Below, piece after piece: positions 1 to 10,856 of a stretch of DNA of 64,000 nucleotides (the first letter of the stretch is position 1; each line of letters starts with the position of its first letter). The stretch lies in IMG/VR virus record IMGVR_UViG_3300020196_000003, one strand, 5' to 3'. The notes beneath the pieces were generated by a model. It worked only from the letters and a program-made list of their open reading frames with translations, was not told where the DNA came from and searched no databases. The translations under genes were made by a program, and so were the position numbers. The stretch is from a virus.

Positions 1-3000
1 TAAAATCCCGTTGTCATGTCGGTAAATGGCTTATTCCCCGTGGTTTGTTGTAACACTAAATTTTTTTGATTACCATCAATATTTAGATTAAAAGTTTTTG
101 TGGATGATGAAAACCCTGGATCCCAATTTTCTAAATAATTAAAGTCTTTCCAAACATCGTCTATAAAATCTTTTCCTGTATTATCATAAATTTTATATCT
201 ATGCCAAATAGAACCGTACTTTAAAATCCAAGCATAGGGTAACTTATGAACCGCACCGAATTTTTTTATTGTTGCTAAAATATAACTCAAATCTGTAATT
301 GCTTGACCATCAAATGTTTTGTATTTTTCTCTTAAAGTTCCTAAAGGTAAACTATTAAGGAATAAGTAAGCCGCAGTTTTGTATGGATAAGGATCATTTT
401 GTTTATATCTAAAATTAAATACCCCTTGTTGTATAGCATTAATAAAATATGGGGTGTTTAACATAGAAGTTGTTTGGGTTTGAGTTATATTTTCATTATA
501 GTTTTCATATAAAATATTTCCTTCTGTAATTAATTGATCTTTAAGTTGTCTATCTTTATAAAAACTTTTCAAGTTTGAAATACTAGAATTTACATTTAGA
601 TCTAAAAAATTAAAGTGGGTAAAAGGTCTTACTTTGTTATCATCGTTATCTTCCGTGAAATTTGTAATTGTTAACTGAACGGTATTGTAATTTAAAACTT
701 TTTGAGTGTCGAAAACTTCATTTGCGTTATTCAAAGATTTACCATCCGCCAAGTTTTTTTTATCCCATTTCAAATCAGTTATAGGATATGTGTCTCCAAA
801 TTCAAAAGTATTCGATACAGATGAATTTTCAAAATATTTAGTTAGGTTGGTTATGTTTTTCGGATTACTTACCGAAACATTCGGTTGGGATTTTGTTGAG
901 ATTATAATGTCCTCGTTAAATAAAACATTAGGATTTTCAACGTCATTTTTGATATAATTAGTTACAAATTGTCCTCTTATAAAAGATTGCCAACTTTCAC
1001 CTTGTCCTTGATTGGAAATGTGTCTTAAAAATGGGACATAGTTGTTGCTATCCAAAAGATATTCTTTTATTGTTTTAGCCAAAAAAGGATTATCTTGCCC
1101 CAAACTTTTTAGAATATTCACGGCTTCATCATCACCTTCTGCTTCGTATATAGATAAATCATAACCTGATTTTCTGTTTAGTCTACTAAAATATGAATTT
1201 AGAATAATCCTTTCATATATTTCATAAAAATATTTAGATTCTTCTTTATTTTGAAATACTTCATTGGAAATTGGAAAATCAATACCATTAAGTGAAATTC
1301 TTGATGGTTGGGAATCAAGTTCATTAAATTCAGCCGCAGATTTGTCAGCGTCATTTTGTCTTTGTGTATAACCTTTTATAAACTGTTCAACAAATTCTAC
1401 TTCAGGCCAAATTTCGGGATTATAAGCTCGATATGAATTTGCGACATTTTGTGCGCCCGGATAAATAATTTGAAATTTTTCTTGATTATCGTCGCCAACA
1501 GTTTCTTGAATTACTTGGGGCCAAGGATAAATTGGTTCATTGTTTTGTGTTGATCCTTTGATGTCAACGCTTGGTGCAGTAGTTTGGTTTCCAAATATTG
1601 CGGCTTTTCTGTAAGGATTTTCTCTTTGTTCCCAAGCCTTTTTGTGAACTTCATCCATAAGTCTTAAAAAAGCCTCACCTTGACAATAAAAAACCGCTAA
1701 AATATTTCTAATTGAAGGTGTGAATCCCAAACTTCCTTTACCTTGAGAATTGAATTTAGAAGCCAAATTTTCAGTAATTTGTTGTTCGATTTGGGTTCTA
1801 AACTTTTGTGCGGATTTTCCAATATTGTCTGTAATTGACATGAAAGATTTTGGGCCTTCGAAAAAATAAAAAACTCCATCAACCAATTTAAATAAATCTT
1901 CGAGTGTTCCTTTATAAATTTGGTATGCAATATCAGTGGACGTGACGCTTGATATTGGTGTGTTAGCCGGTGAAAGCTGTCCTTTTGGTGAGTTTGGTAC
2001 ATTTCTGAAACTTTTTTCTATGTCTACATTGGTGATAAGTTCTTTTTTTGTAAAAGTTTTAATGTCAATCGGTACAGAAATTTTACTTTGAACTACTTTT
2101 GTTCCAACTGTATACGAACCTTTTTCTCCAAAAACACTGTTTTCATTGAGTCTTTTGTTGTTCTCTAAAATAATTCCATTAAGTTCAGTTATTGCAGTCT
2201 CCCTTTTTTGAGCATCATATTCTGTTTTAAAAAAATATAAATTTTGTCCGCTGTTTAAGACTATCGGAACTTTAGTGTCCATGTAAGTATTGAACCAAGA
2301 TGATCCATATAAAAAAACTTTTTGTTGGTATAGTGTAAGTGCATTTGTATAATTTGTCATTTCGGTAAGAACACCTAAATTTTCTTTAGCAAAATCATTC
2401 AAAACATTGTCAATGAATTTTTGTAATCTAAAATTCAATTGATTGAGAGTTAACTCGGGAAAATTATCCGGTATTAATCCTTTTGATTTATAATCCGAAT
2501 AAATTTCTTTCATTTTTTGATATCCCCTACTTACAATTTTCGGTTTCTGAATTGATTCTTCTTTTGTTTGTGATCCTTGAGTTTTACTAGCAGAGGCCAA
2601 ATTTACTACATTATTATACATATGTGGAACTGCCATAAGAGATCCAAAATTTACATATGAAAGTAAAGTATATTTATATCCATAAAATTTTAGAGTTATA
2701 TCAAAATTATGTGTTGTTGAATTAAATTTAGAAGAAAAACTTTGCAACATTATAGGAAACTTTACGGCTTTTCCATAGTAACCTTTCATTGTTAGTGTAA
2801 ATTGTGGATAAGGTAGTTGAAAAAACGCCGAATAAGGGGAGTTGTTTCCTCCTTCGAAAAGAGCTCTTCCTTTTACATCTTCTAACTCAATGTCTATAAC
2901 TGGTAAAAAGTCTGTACCAAGTGAAAATCTAATATTTGTAATACCCAAAAAACCGTTGTCTACTGCGCCTGGTCGTCCGTTTGACCAAAGATTTTGAGTT

Positions 3001-3374
3001 ATGTAATAATCATCACTTTTATTTGGATTTTTAACGGAGGTTAATTTAGGTTGATTAACTCCTTGACCTTGTAATGTATTTTTTCCTGTCAATTCATCAG
3101 ACCATGCGGTATCTAAAAATTTTTTATGACCAGGATTTAAAAAGTTAATTTTACCAACAGAAATTGTTCTCTGTTGGTCATTCATTGCAGAGCCAACCGC
3201 TAATTTTGTTCTTGGCAAAACGTTGCACTCCAAGTTGGCGTAAAAAATTAAATCTTCTTGTTTTACAAGTCGGTCTTTTACGTTACCCTCTTGATCAATA
3301 AGTTTGTTGGGATCAATTAAAGCTATGTTATCGTAGTCAAATTCAACAAGTATATTTTCCCCGTTATCTGCCAT
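1..3374 (-). CDS. Large baseplate hub-like structural protein, >1120 aa, runs off the left edge (partial)
   Basis: Not in the ORF track because it has no stop in the window. ATG at 3374 reads MADNGENILVEFDYDNIALIDPNK; the same frame is still open at the window edge (..QQTTGNKPFTDMTTGF). The start overlaps the end of the LysM-like gene. Function is inferred from position in the baseplate module. Confidence 0.7.
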   Translation of the reverse strand, partial: MADNGENILVEFDYDNIALIDPNKLIDQEGNVKDRLVKQEDLIFYANLECNVLPRTKLAVGSAMNDQQRTISVGKINFLNPGHKKFLDTAWSDELTGKNTLQGQGVNQPKLTSVKNPNKSDDYYITQNLWSNGRPGAVDNGFLGITNIRFSLGTDFLPVIDIELEDVKGRALFEGGNNSPYSAFFQLPYPQFTLTMKGYYGKAVKFPIMLQSFSSKFNSTTHNFDITLKFYGYKYTLLSYVNFGSLMAVPHMYNNVVNLASASKTQGSQTKEESIQKPKIVSRGYQKMKEIYSDYKSKGLIPDNFPELTLNQLNFRLQKFIDNVLNDFAKENLGVLTEMTNYTNALTLYQQKVFLYGSSWFNTYMDTKVPIVLNSGQNLYFFKTEYDAQKRETAITELNGIILENNKRLNENSVFGEKGSYTVGTKVVQSKISVPIDIKTFTKKELITNVDIEKSFRNVPNSPKGQLSPANTPISSVTSTDIAYQIYKGTLEDLFKLVDGVFYFFEGPKSFMSITDNIGKSAQKFRTQIEQQITENLASKFNSQGKGSLGFTPSIRNILAVFYCQGEAFLRLMDEVHKKAWEQRENPYRKAAIFGNQTTAPSVDIKGSTQNNEPIYPWPQVIQETVGDDNQEKFQIIYPGAQNVANSYRAYNPEIWPEVEFVEQFIKGYTQRQNDADKSAAEFNELDSQPSRISLNGIDFPISNEVFQNKEESKYFYEIYERIILNSYFSRLNRKSGYDLSIYEAEGDDEAVNILKSLGQDNPFLAKTIKEYLLDSNNYVPFLRHISNQGQGESWQSFIRGQFVTNYIKNDVENPNVLFNEDIIISTKSQPNVSVSNPKNITNLTKYFENSSVSNTFEFGDTYPITDLKWDKKNLADGKSLNNANEVFDTQKVLNYNTVQLTITNFTEDNDDNKVRPFTHFNFLDLNVNSSISNLKSFYKDRQLKDQLITEGNILYENYNENITQTQTTSMLNTPYFINAIQQGVFNFRYKQNDPYPYKTAAYLFLNSLPLGTLREKYKTFDGQAITDLSYILATIKKFGAVHKLPYAWILKYGSIWHRYKIYDNTGKDFIDDVWKDFNYLENWDPGFSSSTKTFNLNIDGNQKNLVLQQTTGNKPFTDMTTGF

Positions 3375-3687
3375 AATAAAAAAAGTAGTTATCTAGTGCG
3401 TTTTTATAATCTTGTAATGAAGCCACTAATGGATAAGGAACTGTTAATACTGCGCCATCGGGTATTGAGTATTCACTTCCCGAGTATTGTGGATTTGCAA
3501 CCTGTATCAACCATCCAAAGTATGGTGTCCCATAAAATTGTTGAGAAATTTTATCCAATCGAGATTGACCAATTATAAAAATATAATTTTTATCGGATGT
3601 TTTTGACGGAATCAATACAAATGGTACAACATTTTGTTCTCCGTTTATCAAAAAATCAGTATATCTGTTCCAATATTGAAGTGCCAT
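3364..3687 (-). CDS. LysM-like baseplate wedge / tail-X type protein
   Basis: RLDKISQQFYG..FGWLIQVANP..IPDGAVLTVP pattern, typical of phage LysM/gp53/tail-X proteins; located between large baseplate genes. Confidence 0.7.
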   Translation of the reverse strand: MALQYWNRYTDFLINGEQNVVPFVLIPSKTSDKNYIFIIGQSRLDKISQQFYGTPYFGWLIQVANPQYSGSEYSIPDGAVLTVPYPLVASLQDYKNALDNYFFYYGR

Positions 3688-3688
3688 T

Positions 3689-6600
3689 TTAGTTAAAAGT
3701 TACTTTACCATTGAAGGTTTTTTTATTGTCATTAAGATTTACACTGCTATATAAATCTTTCAATTTTTTGTTCTTATCGTTTAGATTGGTTGTCGATGGT
3801 GATACAAAATTGCATTTTTTTATTTGTGTGTCAGGAAGTTTAAATTTGGACAAAGTATCATACTCTTGTGATTTTTCAATGTTTTCAAAAATGTTGCTCC
3901 ATCCTTTTTGAAATTCCGTATAATTATTTTTTAAACTTAAACATCTTTCTTTCAATTTTTCAATTACCGTTGCATTTCCTTTAATTTCATTACCGCTTGT
4001 TAAATCTTCTATAAATTTCGTATATAAATCTTCTTTTGTAAATAATGGGGACATCGCGATATAAAACCTATTATAGGCACAACTATCTCCGAAAGGGTAT
4101 TGGTTACCAACGCCAGTTTTATTTTGAAATTTGCAGTCTTGTCCATTTTCTATGGTAGATTTTTTTTTATTATAAAATCCATCTTTGGATGTAACATTAT
4201 TACTAACCAATAAAGATTCAAATTTAGAAAGAGCCTCAGGGACTTTATTGGTATACAAGTTTGCCAAAGTTCCTTCTGTTGTTGCCGGTCCAAAAAAAGT
4301 ATCACCACTCAAATCATATGTAACGGGTTCATTATTAGATCCGAGCTCACCATCTAATTTTGAATTTACAACGTCCAATTGTCTAAATATGAAATTTAAA
4401 TTAGTCTGATTTTTTATTAGATTAGAAGTGTTATTTGTAACGATATCAGACATCGGGCCTTTTCTTTCGTTAGCATAATTTTGTAATTTATCTTCAAGTT
4501 CTCTTTTTATTTTGTTTGTCATTTGACTTACTCCTTTCAAAAATTCTAATATTGGGTCATCATTTTTTTCAATGTCTTTTTTAACATCTCCTACTAACTC
4601 ATCTATATAACCCAAATCTACATTACTTTTACCAAAAAGAATTGTTTTAGTTTTATCATTGGTGTATTCAGAAAGTTCTCCTTCAGTATATGACCTATCT
4701 TGAAGTGCAATTTGAACTAAACCATAGTTATAATCATTATTAATTTTAGAAATACATTCATAATATGATTTAAAATAAAGTTGTAGTCCGTCTTGTAAAG
4801 ATAGTAATGTAGAGTCATAGTCCATTTCAGTAGCGCTTGCTACTACTCCTACAGTTGTTCCCCCTTTTTTTGGTTGGATATTATTTGCAATATTATCCGC
4901 CTGTTGTGAACTAAGATTTGGAAGACCCGATGTTAATTGTTGGACCACATATTGGTCCAATTTACTAGTGTCTTCTGTTGGAGTGGCTCTTTCGTCATAG
5001 ATTTCAGTATTAGCATAATAGTTAAATGATAATGCATTTTGAAGTTCTTGTACGGGTTCTCTAAGACCCATACCACCTATAATATTAAACGTCAGGGTTA
5101 TGTTTGCCAACATAGGTTGAACTCCGATACCTTCAGGGTTGATGTCCAAAATAAGAGGATCGTAACTAATAGATAATTGTGTTGGTACAATCTTAGTGTG
5201 ATAAAAGTCACCAACTCTTAAGATTAGTATAGGAGGAGCACCAAAAGTAGTGTTTAGTGCGTCATTATATTTTGGTCGACCATCCGTTCCTATTACAGGA
5301 ATTGTTTGTCCTGGTCTTGTACATTGCTGTAAAAATGTTAATCTAGCATTCAAACCTTCAGGTGTCATTGAATGGAAAGTTGGGCTAAAAAATTTAATTT
5401 TTTCTTTTATTGTATCATATATCATTGGGTCACTTTCTTTTATAACCTGGAAATAGTCACATTCAGTAAAAAGATTTCTTAGTATTTTTTTCGATATTCC
5501 TTCTTTGATTTTTTGTTCAACTGTAAGTTTTGGCTCGGGTTTAATACTTTGGGTTTGGCCTGTTAATATATTCGGGACTGGTGTTGGTTTTGGGGTTGGT
5601 GGTGCTTGACTTGGTTGTGGTTGTTCAGTAATTGGTACTTCTATTGTTACACTTTTAATCGAAACTCTCCTACAAGCCATTGCCGGTATACTATACCACT
5701 GAGCTTTGCTAGAAGATTCAACATCTCCCGATGTTGGGTTATTTGTTGAGACTGTTGTTATATTTTTTGTACAGTCAACTGAGGCGTTCAATACAGGACC
5801 ACCTTGTGATGTTGTAACACTTATATCAACATTATCATCGGGGGATTTAGGTTTTTCTTGTGTTTTTGGTATAACCAATTGTTCGCCCGCAGAATCAAAG
5901 TTCATGGTAAAAAAACCATCGGATTGATATTTTTCTAGTGTATTACCGTCTTTTAATTTTTGAGCTAAAAACCATTTTTTCACCGAATCGTTTCTTCTTT
6001 CAGATAATTTTTTATTATATGATAATTTTTGGGGAGCTGAAGCAGACCCAACTAACTGCATTGTAACTTTACCTTTTTTGTCAACTAATACTTCATTTAA
6101 TTTATTCAAAAAGTCAGTTTGTATAAATTCAAAATTACCTTGTATTACCGAAGAAAAAAAGTTAGGTATTCCATCTTTCGAAAATGGATCAGTTCCAACA
6201 TAAACTGTTTGGGGGGCTTGTTGTAGATAAGTTGGTTGTAGTCCTATATATTGATTATAATAAATATCGTATGGTGAGGCGGCAACAGTTTCTGGATTGC
6301 CTTTTGGAATATCATTTTCAAAATAAAATGCGTATCCAACAAAAGTATCTACATTAGTTTTATCGTACTGAATGTTTGTTTGGGTTTGAGTTCCTGTACT
6401 AGTAGAATTTTGAGTATTGTCTGATCCTGACGAATCCCCTTCGACGGTTGTTTCTTGGTTGATGGGTAAACTTTCATAAACTTGTATTTGTTCTTCACTT
6501 GTCAATCTCGGGTTATTAAGTATTTGTTGATACGTATAAAGATCTTTTGTTGGTATAGTGTTGAATTTAATTCCTAACTCATATAAATCATATTTAGTAC

Positions 6601-8767
6601 AACCAGCAAAAAATGAGTCAACAACACTTTGTATTCTTTCCTTTGACGCACCTTTCATTTGTTTTTCAATAATTGTGTTCATCATGGATGGTGAGTCAAC
6701 AACTATTGTCCAAGAAAGTGAACCTGTTCTTGATGTATTTTTGTAGGTATAAATTGGTTCAGGTCTTCCAATAAAAGATGTTGAATTAAAATCCGGTTTT
6801 GTGTCATCAGAAAACTTTAAGTTATACGGTGGAAACCACATTATTCTACCACCATTAGGTCCTTTTTCACAAACAGGTAAATCATCGTAAGTAAAACCAG
6901 GTCTGTCCGATGTTCTCCAAGCCAAATTTTCTAAAGAAAACATATATTTTTTTACTTTACCATCAACAATATTGGTGGATCCAGGATTTTTTAGTGGTGC
7001 AATATTTAAATTATACGTGTTATCAAATATAGAATAATCAAACTTTCTACCTGATGTTGTTATACCATCAACTTTTTGTAAATCAGCATAAGTATAATAT
7101 GGTGTATCTTTTTGGAATATTCTACAATACTCTAATCCAGCCTGAGTACCATCCGATTGATTAACATATGAAAGTACTTTAGATCCTTTAGTCAATTCTT
7201 TGTAACCGTCATTGAACACTTTTGATACTTGATTTATTGCCGTACCTACATGTTTTAATCTTGCCTGTCCTTGAACTTGATCGGCCGATTCTACTAATTT
7301 TTGAGTTTGGTATAAGATAGACCCTGGTTTGAACGCTATGTCCGTTGATTGATATCTTAAGTAATCTGCAGAAATTTCATTAAATTCACCATCGGAAGAT
7401 CCAACACCACCACCAATTGTTGCATGAAAACCTGCATTTTCTTTATATTTGGGTGATGTCCAAACTAATTGTCCTGAGGTTCCTCCGCCATCACTGTATG
7501 ATTTTCCTTTAAGCCCGAAATTTAATTGATCTTCATTTCCTTCGTATAAGATTGCAAGCTCTTGAGGCCCATAAACAATTGTGGCTTGTTGTTGTCCGAA
7601 TTGGTTTACTGGAACTTGGTTTGGTGGTGAATCGATTAAACTCGGTTCAACGTTCGAGTTTCCTACATAATAGGTTCCTGTTGCAGGTGTATCTTGTCCA
7701 ACTAAAGTTCCCGCTAAAGCCGAAATTCCTTGTATAAAACCTATGTTATACGAGGGTCTATAAATATTATAGTTGAGGGTTGCAAATAATACTGATCTTG
7801 TCCCGTTACCAGTATTTGCAACAAAAATTTCTGAAGGATTTCTTGTTTTATTTAAAATAGGAGCCAATAAACCACCTGTTAGATTATTTACAATATTTAA
7901 TCCAGAGTTGGTTTGTTGTGGATTAGTATAAGGATTTGTTTCTTCGAAATAGTCTCCTGGTATAAATGAAACAGGAAAATATGTACCTGTCAATCTATTA
8001 GCTAAAGAAATTGTTGCCAATACAGGCCCTTCGGGAACTGTTATTCTCCAGTCTCTAATAAATAATGGTTGTTGCCCTGTTGCTAACAGACTAGCTGAAA
8101 ATGGATCTGTGATTGTATCTAAATTAATTGACCCAATCGTTGCTTGTTCTATTTCTTGCGCAATTCTTTCATTGAACGCAAATTTCAATTGTGCGGCTCC
8201 TATTTTTGCTAAGTAACTGTCTGCGGATAAGGGTCCATTTGATCCTATTGGATCATCTTGAAAAACAATATTAAATGGTGAATATGAAGAAAAATTGAAA
8301 TAGTTAGGATACCAATATGGTTGATAAATATTATTTCCAATTTGAACGTCTGTAATAATTATCAAATCTTTGTAACCTCCACTAGGCCCAAATTTATTTG
8401 TAACATAAGCAGATTCAATATAAAATTCGTTTAATAAAACCAATCCTTGTGTTTGTTCTCCGTTCAATGGATAATACGGTCCTTGGTTTGGTTCTGATAT
8501 AGGTGTAACATTAACACCAATAGGTTCCCCAAACCCGCCGTCGGGCCCATATTCATTCAGTGGATATAATTCCGATGCGAATAAATTGCTTGATACATAG
8601 TTATTCGGGGAGTCAATAACATTACTTACTGTTAAATTTGTTTCGAAATTTATTGGGTTTCCTGGTGAAGTATAAGCACCAAGAACATTGTAAGGTTGTA
8701 AATTTCTTACCAACAATTGTTTTCGAAACAATTCAGAATTACCAAAAGACAAAAAACTATCTGCCAT
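3689..8767 (-). CDS. 1692 aa baseplate/tail-tube-initiator-like protein with an internal OmpA-like peptidoglycan-binding domain
   Basis: Tube-initiator-like segment FPPYNLKFSDD..FIGRPEPIYTYKNTSRTGSLSW and a later PPILILRVGDFY segment; OmpA_C-like motif GSASAPQ..YNKKLSERRNDSVKKWF; immediately downstream of the tape measure gene. Confidence 0.6.
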   Translation of the reverse strand: MADSFLSFGNSELFRKQLLVRNLQPYNVLGAYTSPGNPINFETNLTVSNVIDSPNNYVSSNLFASELYPLNEYGPDGGFGEPIGVNVTPISEPNQGPYYPLNGEQTQGLVLLNEFYIESAYVTNKFGPSGGYKDLIIITDVQIGNNIYQPYWYPNYFNFSSYSPFNIVFQDDPIGSNGPLSADSYLAKIGAAQLKFAFNERIAQEIEQATIGSINLDTITDPFSASLLATGQQPLFIRDWRITVPEGPVLATISLANRLTGTYFPVSFIPGDYFEETNPYTNPQQTNSGLNIVNNLTGGLLAPILNKTRNPSEIFVANTGNGTRSVLFATLNYNIYRPSYNIGFIQGISALAGTLVGQDTPATGTYYVGNSNVEPSLIDSPPNQVPVNQFGQQQATIVYGPQELAILYEGNEDQLNFGLKGKSYSDGGGTSGQLVWTSPKYKENAGFHATIGGGVGSSDGEFNEISADYLRYQSTDIAFKPGSILYQTQKLVESADQVQGQARLKHVGTAINQVSKVFNDGYKELTKGSKVLSYVNQSDGTQAGLEYCRIFQKDTPYYTYADLQKVDGITTSGRKFDYSIFDNTYNLNIAPLKNPGSTNIVDGKVKKYMFSLENLAWRTSDRPGFTYDDLPVCEKGPNGGRIMWFPPYNLKFSDDTKPDFNSTSFIGRPEPIYTYKNTSRTGSLSWTIVVDSPSMMNTIIEKQMKGASKERIQSVVDSFFAGCTKYDLYELGIKFNTIPTKDLYTYQQILNNPRLTSEEQIQVYESLPINQETTVEGDSSGSDNTQNSTSTGTQTQTNIQYDKTNVDTFVGYAFYFENDIPKGNPETVAASPYDIYYNQYIGLQPTYLQQAPQTVYVGTDPFSKDGIPNFFSSVIQGNFEFIQTDFLNKLNEVLVDKKGKVTMQLVGSASAPQKLSYNKKLSERRNDSVKKWFLAQKLKDGNTLEKYQSDGFFTMNFDSAGEQLVIPKTQEKPKSPDDNVDISVTTSQGGPVLNASVDCTKNITTVSTNNPTSGDVESSSKAQWYSIPAMACRRVSIKSVTIEVPITEQPQPSQAPPTPKPTPVPNILTGQTQSIKPEPKLTVEQKIKEGISKKILRNLFTECDYFQVIKESDPMIYDTIKEKIKFFSPTFHSMTPEGLNARLTFLQQCTRPGQTIPVIGTDGRPKYNDALNTTFGAPPILILRVGDFYHTKIVPTQLSISYDPLILDINPEGIGVQPMLANITLTFNIIGGMGLREPVQELQNALSFNYYANTEIYDERATPTEDTSKLDQYVVQQLTSGLPNLSSQQADNIANNIQPKKGGTTVGVVASATEMDYDSTLLSLQDGLQLYFKSYYECISKINNDYNYGLVQIALQDRSYTEGELSEYTNDKTKTILFGKSNVDLGYIDELVGDVKKDIEKNDDPILEFLKGVSQMTNKIKRELEDKLQNYANERKGPMSDIVTNNTSNLIKNQTNLNFIFRQLDVVNSKLDGELGSNNEPVTYDLSGDTFFGPATTEGTLANLYTNKVPEALSKFESLLVSNNVTSKDGFYNKKKSTIENGQDCKFQNKTGVGNQYPFGDSCAYNRFYIAMSPLFTKEDLYTKFIEDLTSGNEIKGNATVIEKLKERCLSLKNNYTEFQKGWSNIFENIEKSQEYDTLSKFKLPDTQIKKCNFVSPSTTNLNDKNKKLKDLYSSVNLNDNKKTFNGKVTFN

Positions 8768-8817
8768 TATTTTATTTTATAAATAGATAATAGAGGTTTT
8801 TTTTACAACTAAATCAC

Positions 8818-10671
8818 TTACTGCGGTTTGTTTTTAGTACCAGTCTCTGCTGATGGAGATTTACCAATCATAAGACTATAAATACTTTTAGCAAAATCTT
8901 GGTCATTGAATGCCGCTTCTGCCACATTTTGAAAGTCTGATTTACTTAAATTTGCAGTATTGGGTCCTCCGTTAACAGTAACTTCATGTTTTACCGTCAC
9001 TTGACCTGAAGCCTCGACTTTTTTTGGATCTCCGTAAGCCTTTTCAAATGTATTTTTCATTTCTTGGAATGTTTTAGTAGCAGCATCATCAATAGCTGTT
9101 TTTCCTTTTGTTTCCATGTCTGAAAGATTTTTAACTAAATCGCTCAAGTTTTTTTGGTATCCTTGTTCGTCTCCTTTAAGCAAAGATTTAATTGACTCTT
9201 CTACAGGCGTTAATACTTGACTGATTGGTTTTCTAGTTCCCTCTGTTGTTATTGGTTGATTTATACCCCTCGCGTAATCTGTATTTAGTTTCATCATAGT
9301 AGTAAATAATTTTTCAACAGGTTCTGCGGTTGCCCTTCCAAAACCAACGGCCGCCTTTGTGCCACCTATCGCAAGATTAATTTGTTGTAGTTGAGTTAAT
9401 TGATCGTATGCTAATTGTTCAACAGTTTTTGCTTGTTCCGTTTGAGATTCTTTTAATTTTGTAATATCTTCGGGAGTCAATTGATCGACTTGTTTTAACA
9501 CAACTTCTCCAGTTTTCTCATCTTTAACGTTTATAGTTGCAACTCCATCCTTCATTTGTGCCATGCTAGCAATCAACTCTTTTGTTTCTTTATTACCTTC
9601 GGCAAAACTTGGAAGTTTTATTTGGGACATTTTTTTGTCAAAGTCGGCGGCTTTAATAGACATCCCGGCAAGTTCATCAGCTGTCATTCCAAGAGCTCCT
9701 GCAACTTCGCGTAATCTTCTTTGAGCTCCTGGCATTATTTCAAACTTATTTGTTTGTTCATTAAATTTTGTAAATTCTTTAGATATGTTTAATATTTCAT
9801 TTTGTAGTGCTGCCGGATCATTTTGAGCCATGTCCATTGCTCTCAACGGATCTAATAATGCACCACTTGTAACTCCCAATCTTTGAAGTTCGGCCGACAT
9901 TTCTATCGCTTTTTCAGGAGAAAATAAATCGTCGGCAATTTTGAATACTTTACTCATGTCTACCCCAAGTCTAGCTGCTTGAACGGACATTTTAGTTAAC
10001 CCCTCAATTCCATTGTTAAAATTATACAAATTTAATTTTCCGATATTTGATACAACTAAATTAGACACCCCTGCTACTGAAACTCCAGCACTTCTTGCTG
10101 CGTTGGCAACTTTTAACATTTCATCTCCAACATCATATATTGATATTCCAACCTCTCTGAAGTTTTTAGTTAAAGTCCCTATTTCTTGTCCAGTACCTTG
10201 TGCGGCAGCACTCATTTCGACAATAGCCTCTTTACCTATACTTGCGGCCCCACCTAAACCTTCTGCCATTTTTTCTATATTTTTTACTGCGTTTTCTTGT
10301 TCAATTCCCATTCTAATTAAGTCTGGAGAAACGTCAGCTATAGATTGTCTGAATTCTTCCATTCTTCCTTTACCAACACCCATAGTAGCCGACAAGGATG
10401 TTGCTTGTTCATCTAAAAGTTTAAGGAATGGATCTTTGTTCAATCCTTCACCAGCCAACGCATTACTTACTGATTGCATAGTGGATTGTGTTGTATCTAG
10501 AATACCTTTTAATCCGACAGTCCAAGAATTAATTAATTTTGGATTAAAGTTAAGTAAGTCTGATTTTTCCTCTAATGATCCTACACCCCCTTGGATCCAT
10601 TGTTTTTTAGCCTTTGCAATCTCGTCAGCAACTAATTTTTCAACCTCTGCTTTAGTAAATGTATCCCCCAT
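8818..10671 (-). CDS. Tape measure protein (617 aa)
   Basis: Ala/Gln/Met-rich helical composition; canonical position after tube and chaperone genes and before baseplate genes. Confidence 0.75.
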   Translation of the reverse strand: MGDTFTKAEVEKLVADEIAKAKKQWIQGGVGSLEEKSDLLNFNPKLINSWTVGLKGILDTTQSTMQSVSNALAGEGLNKDPFLKLLDEQATSLSATMGVGKGRMEEFRQSIADVSPDLIRMGIEQENAVKNIEKMAEGLGGAASIGKEAIVEMSAAAQGTGQEIGTLTKNFREVGISIYDVGDEMLKVANAARSAGVSVAGVSNLVVSNIGKLNLYNFNNGIEGLTKMSVQAARLGVDMSKVFKIADDLFSPEKAIEMSAELQRLGVTSGALLDPLRAMDMAQNDPAALQNEILNISKEFTKFNEQTNKFEIMPGAQRRLREVAGALGMTADELAGMSIKAADFDKKMSQIKLPSFAEGNKETKELIASMAQMKDGVATINVKDEKTGEVVLKQVDQLTPEDITKLKESQTEQAKTVEQLAYDQLTQLQQINLAIGGTKAAVGFGRATAEPVEKLFTTMMKLNTDYARGINQPITTEGTRKPISQVLTPVEESIKSLLKGDEQGYQKNLSDLVKNLSDMETKGKTAIDDAATKTFQEMKNTFEKAYGDPKKVEASGQVTVKHEVTVNGGPNTANLSKSDFQNVAEAAFNDQDFAKSIYSLMIGKSPSAETGTKNKPQ

Positions 10672-10696
10672 TATTTAGTTTTTTAAATAAATATTT

Positions 10697-10856
10697 TTAA
10701 TCTTTGTTTTGTTCTTCAACAAATTTTTGTATTAAATACTTTCTTACATAAGTTGGCATTGACATAAACTCTGAATATTGAGTTCGGAATATTTTGGAAA
10801 AATAATAAAGTTCATCCAAAATTGTTTTTTTATAAGGCAAAGAAAGGCCGAAAAAA
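10697..10856 (-). CDS. C-terminal extension of the tail assembly chaperone, probably reached by frameshift
   Basis: ORF in the +1 frame overlapping the chaperone 3' end; no ATG until its last 20 codons; sits between chaperone and tape measure genes like lambda G/GT. Confidence 0.55.
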
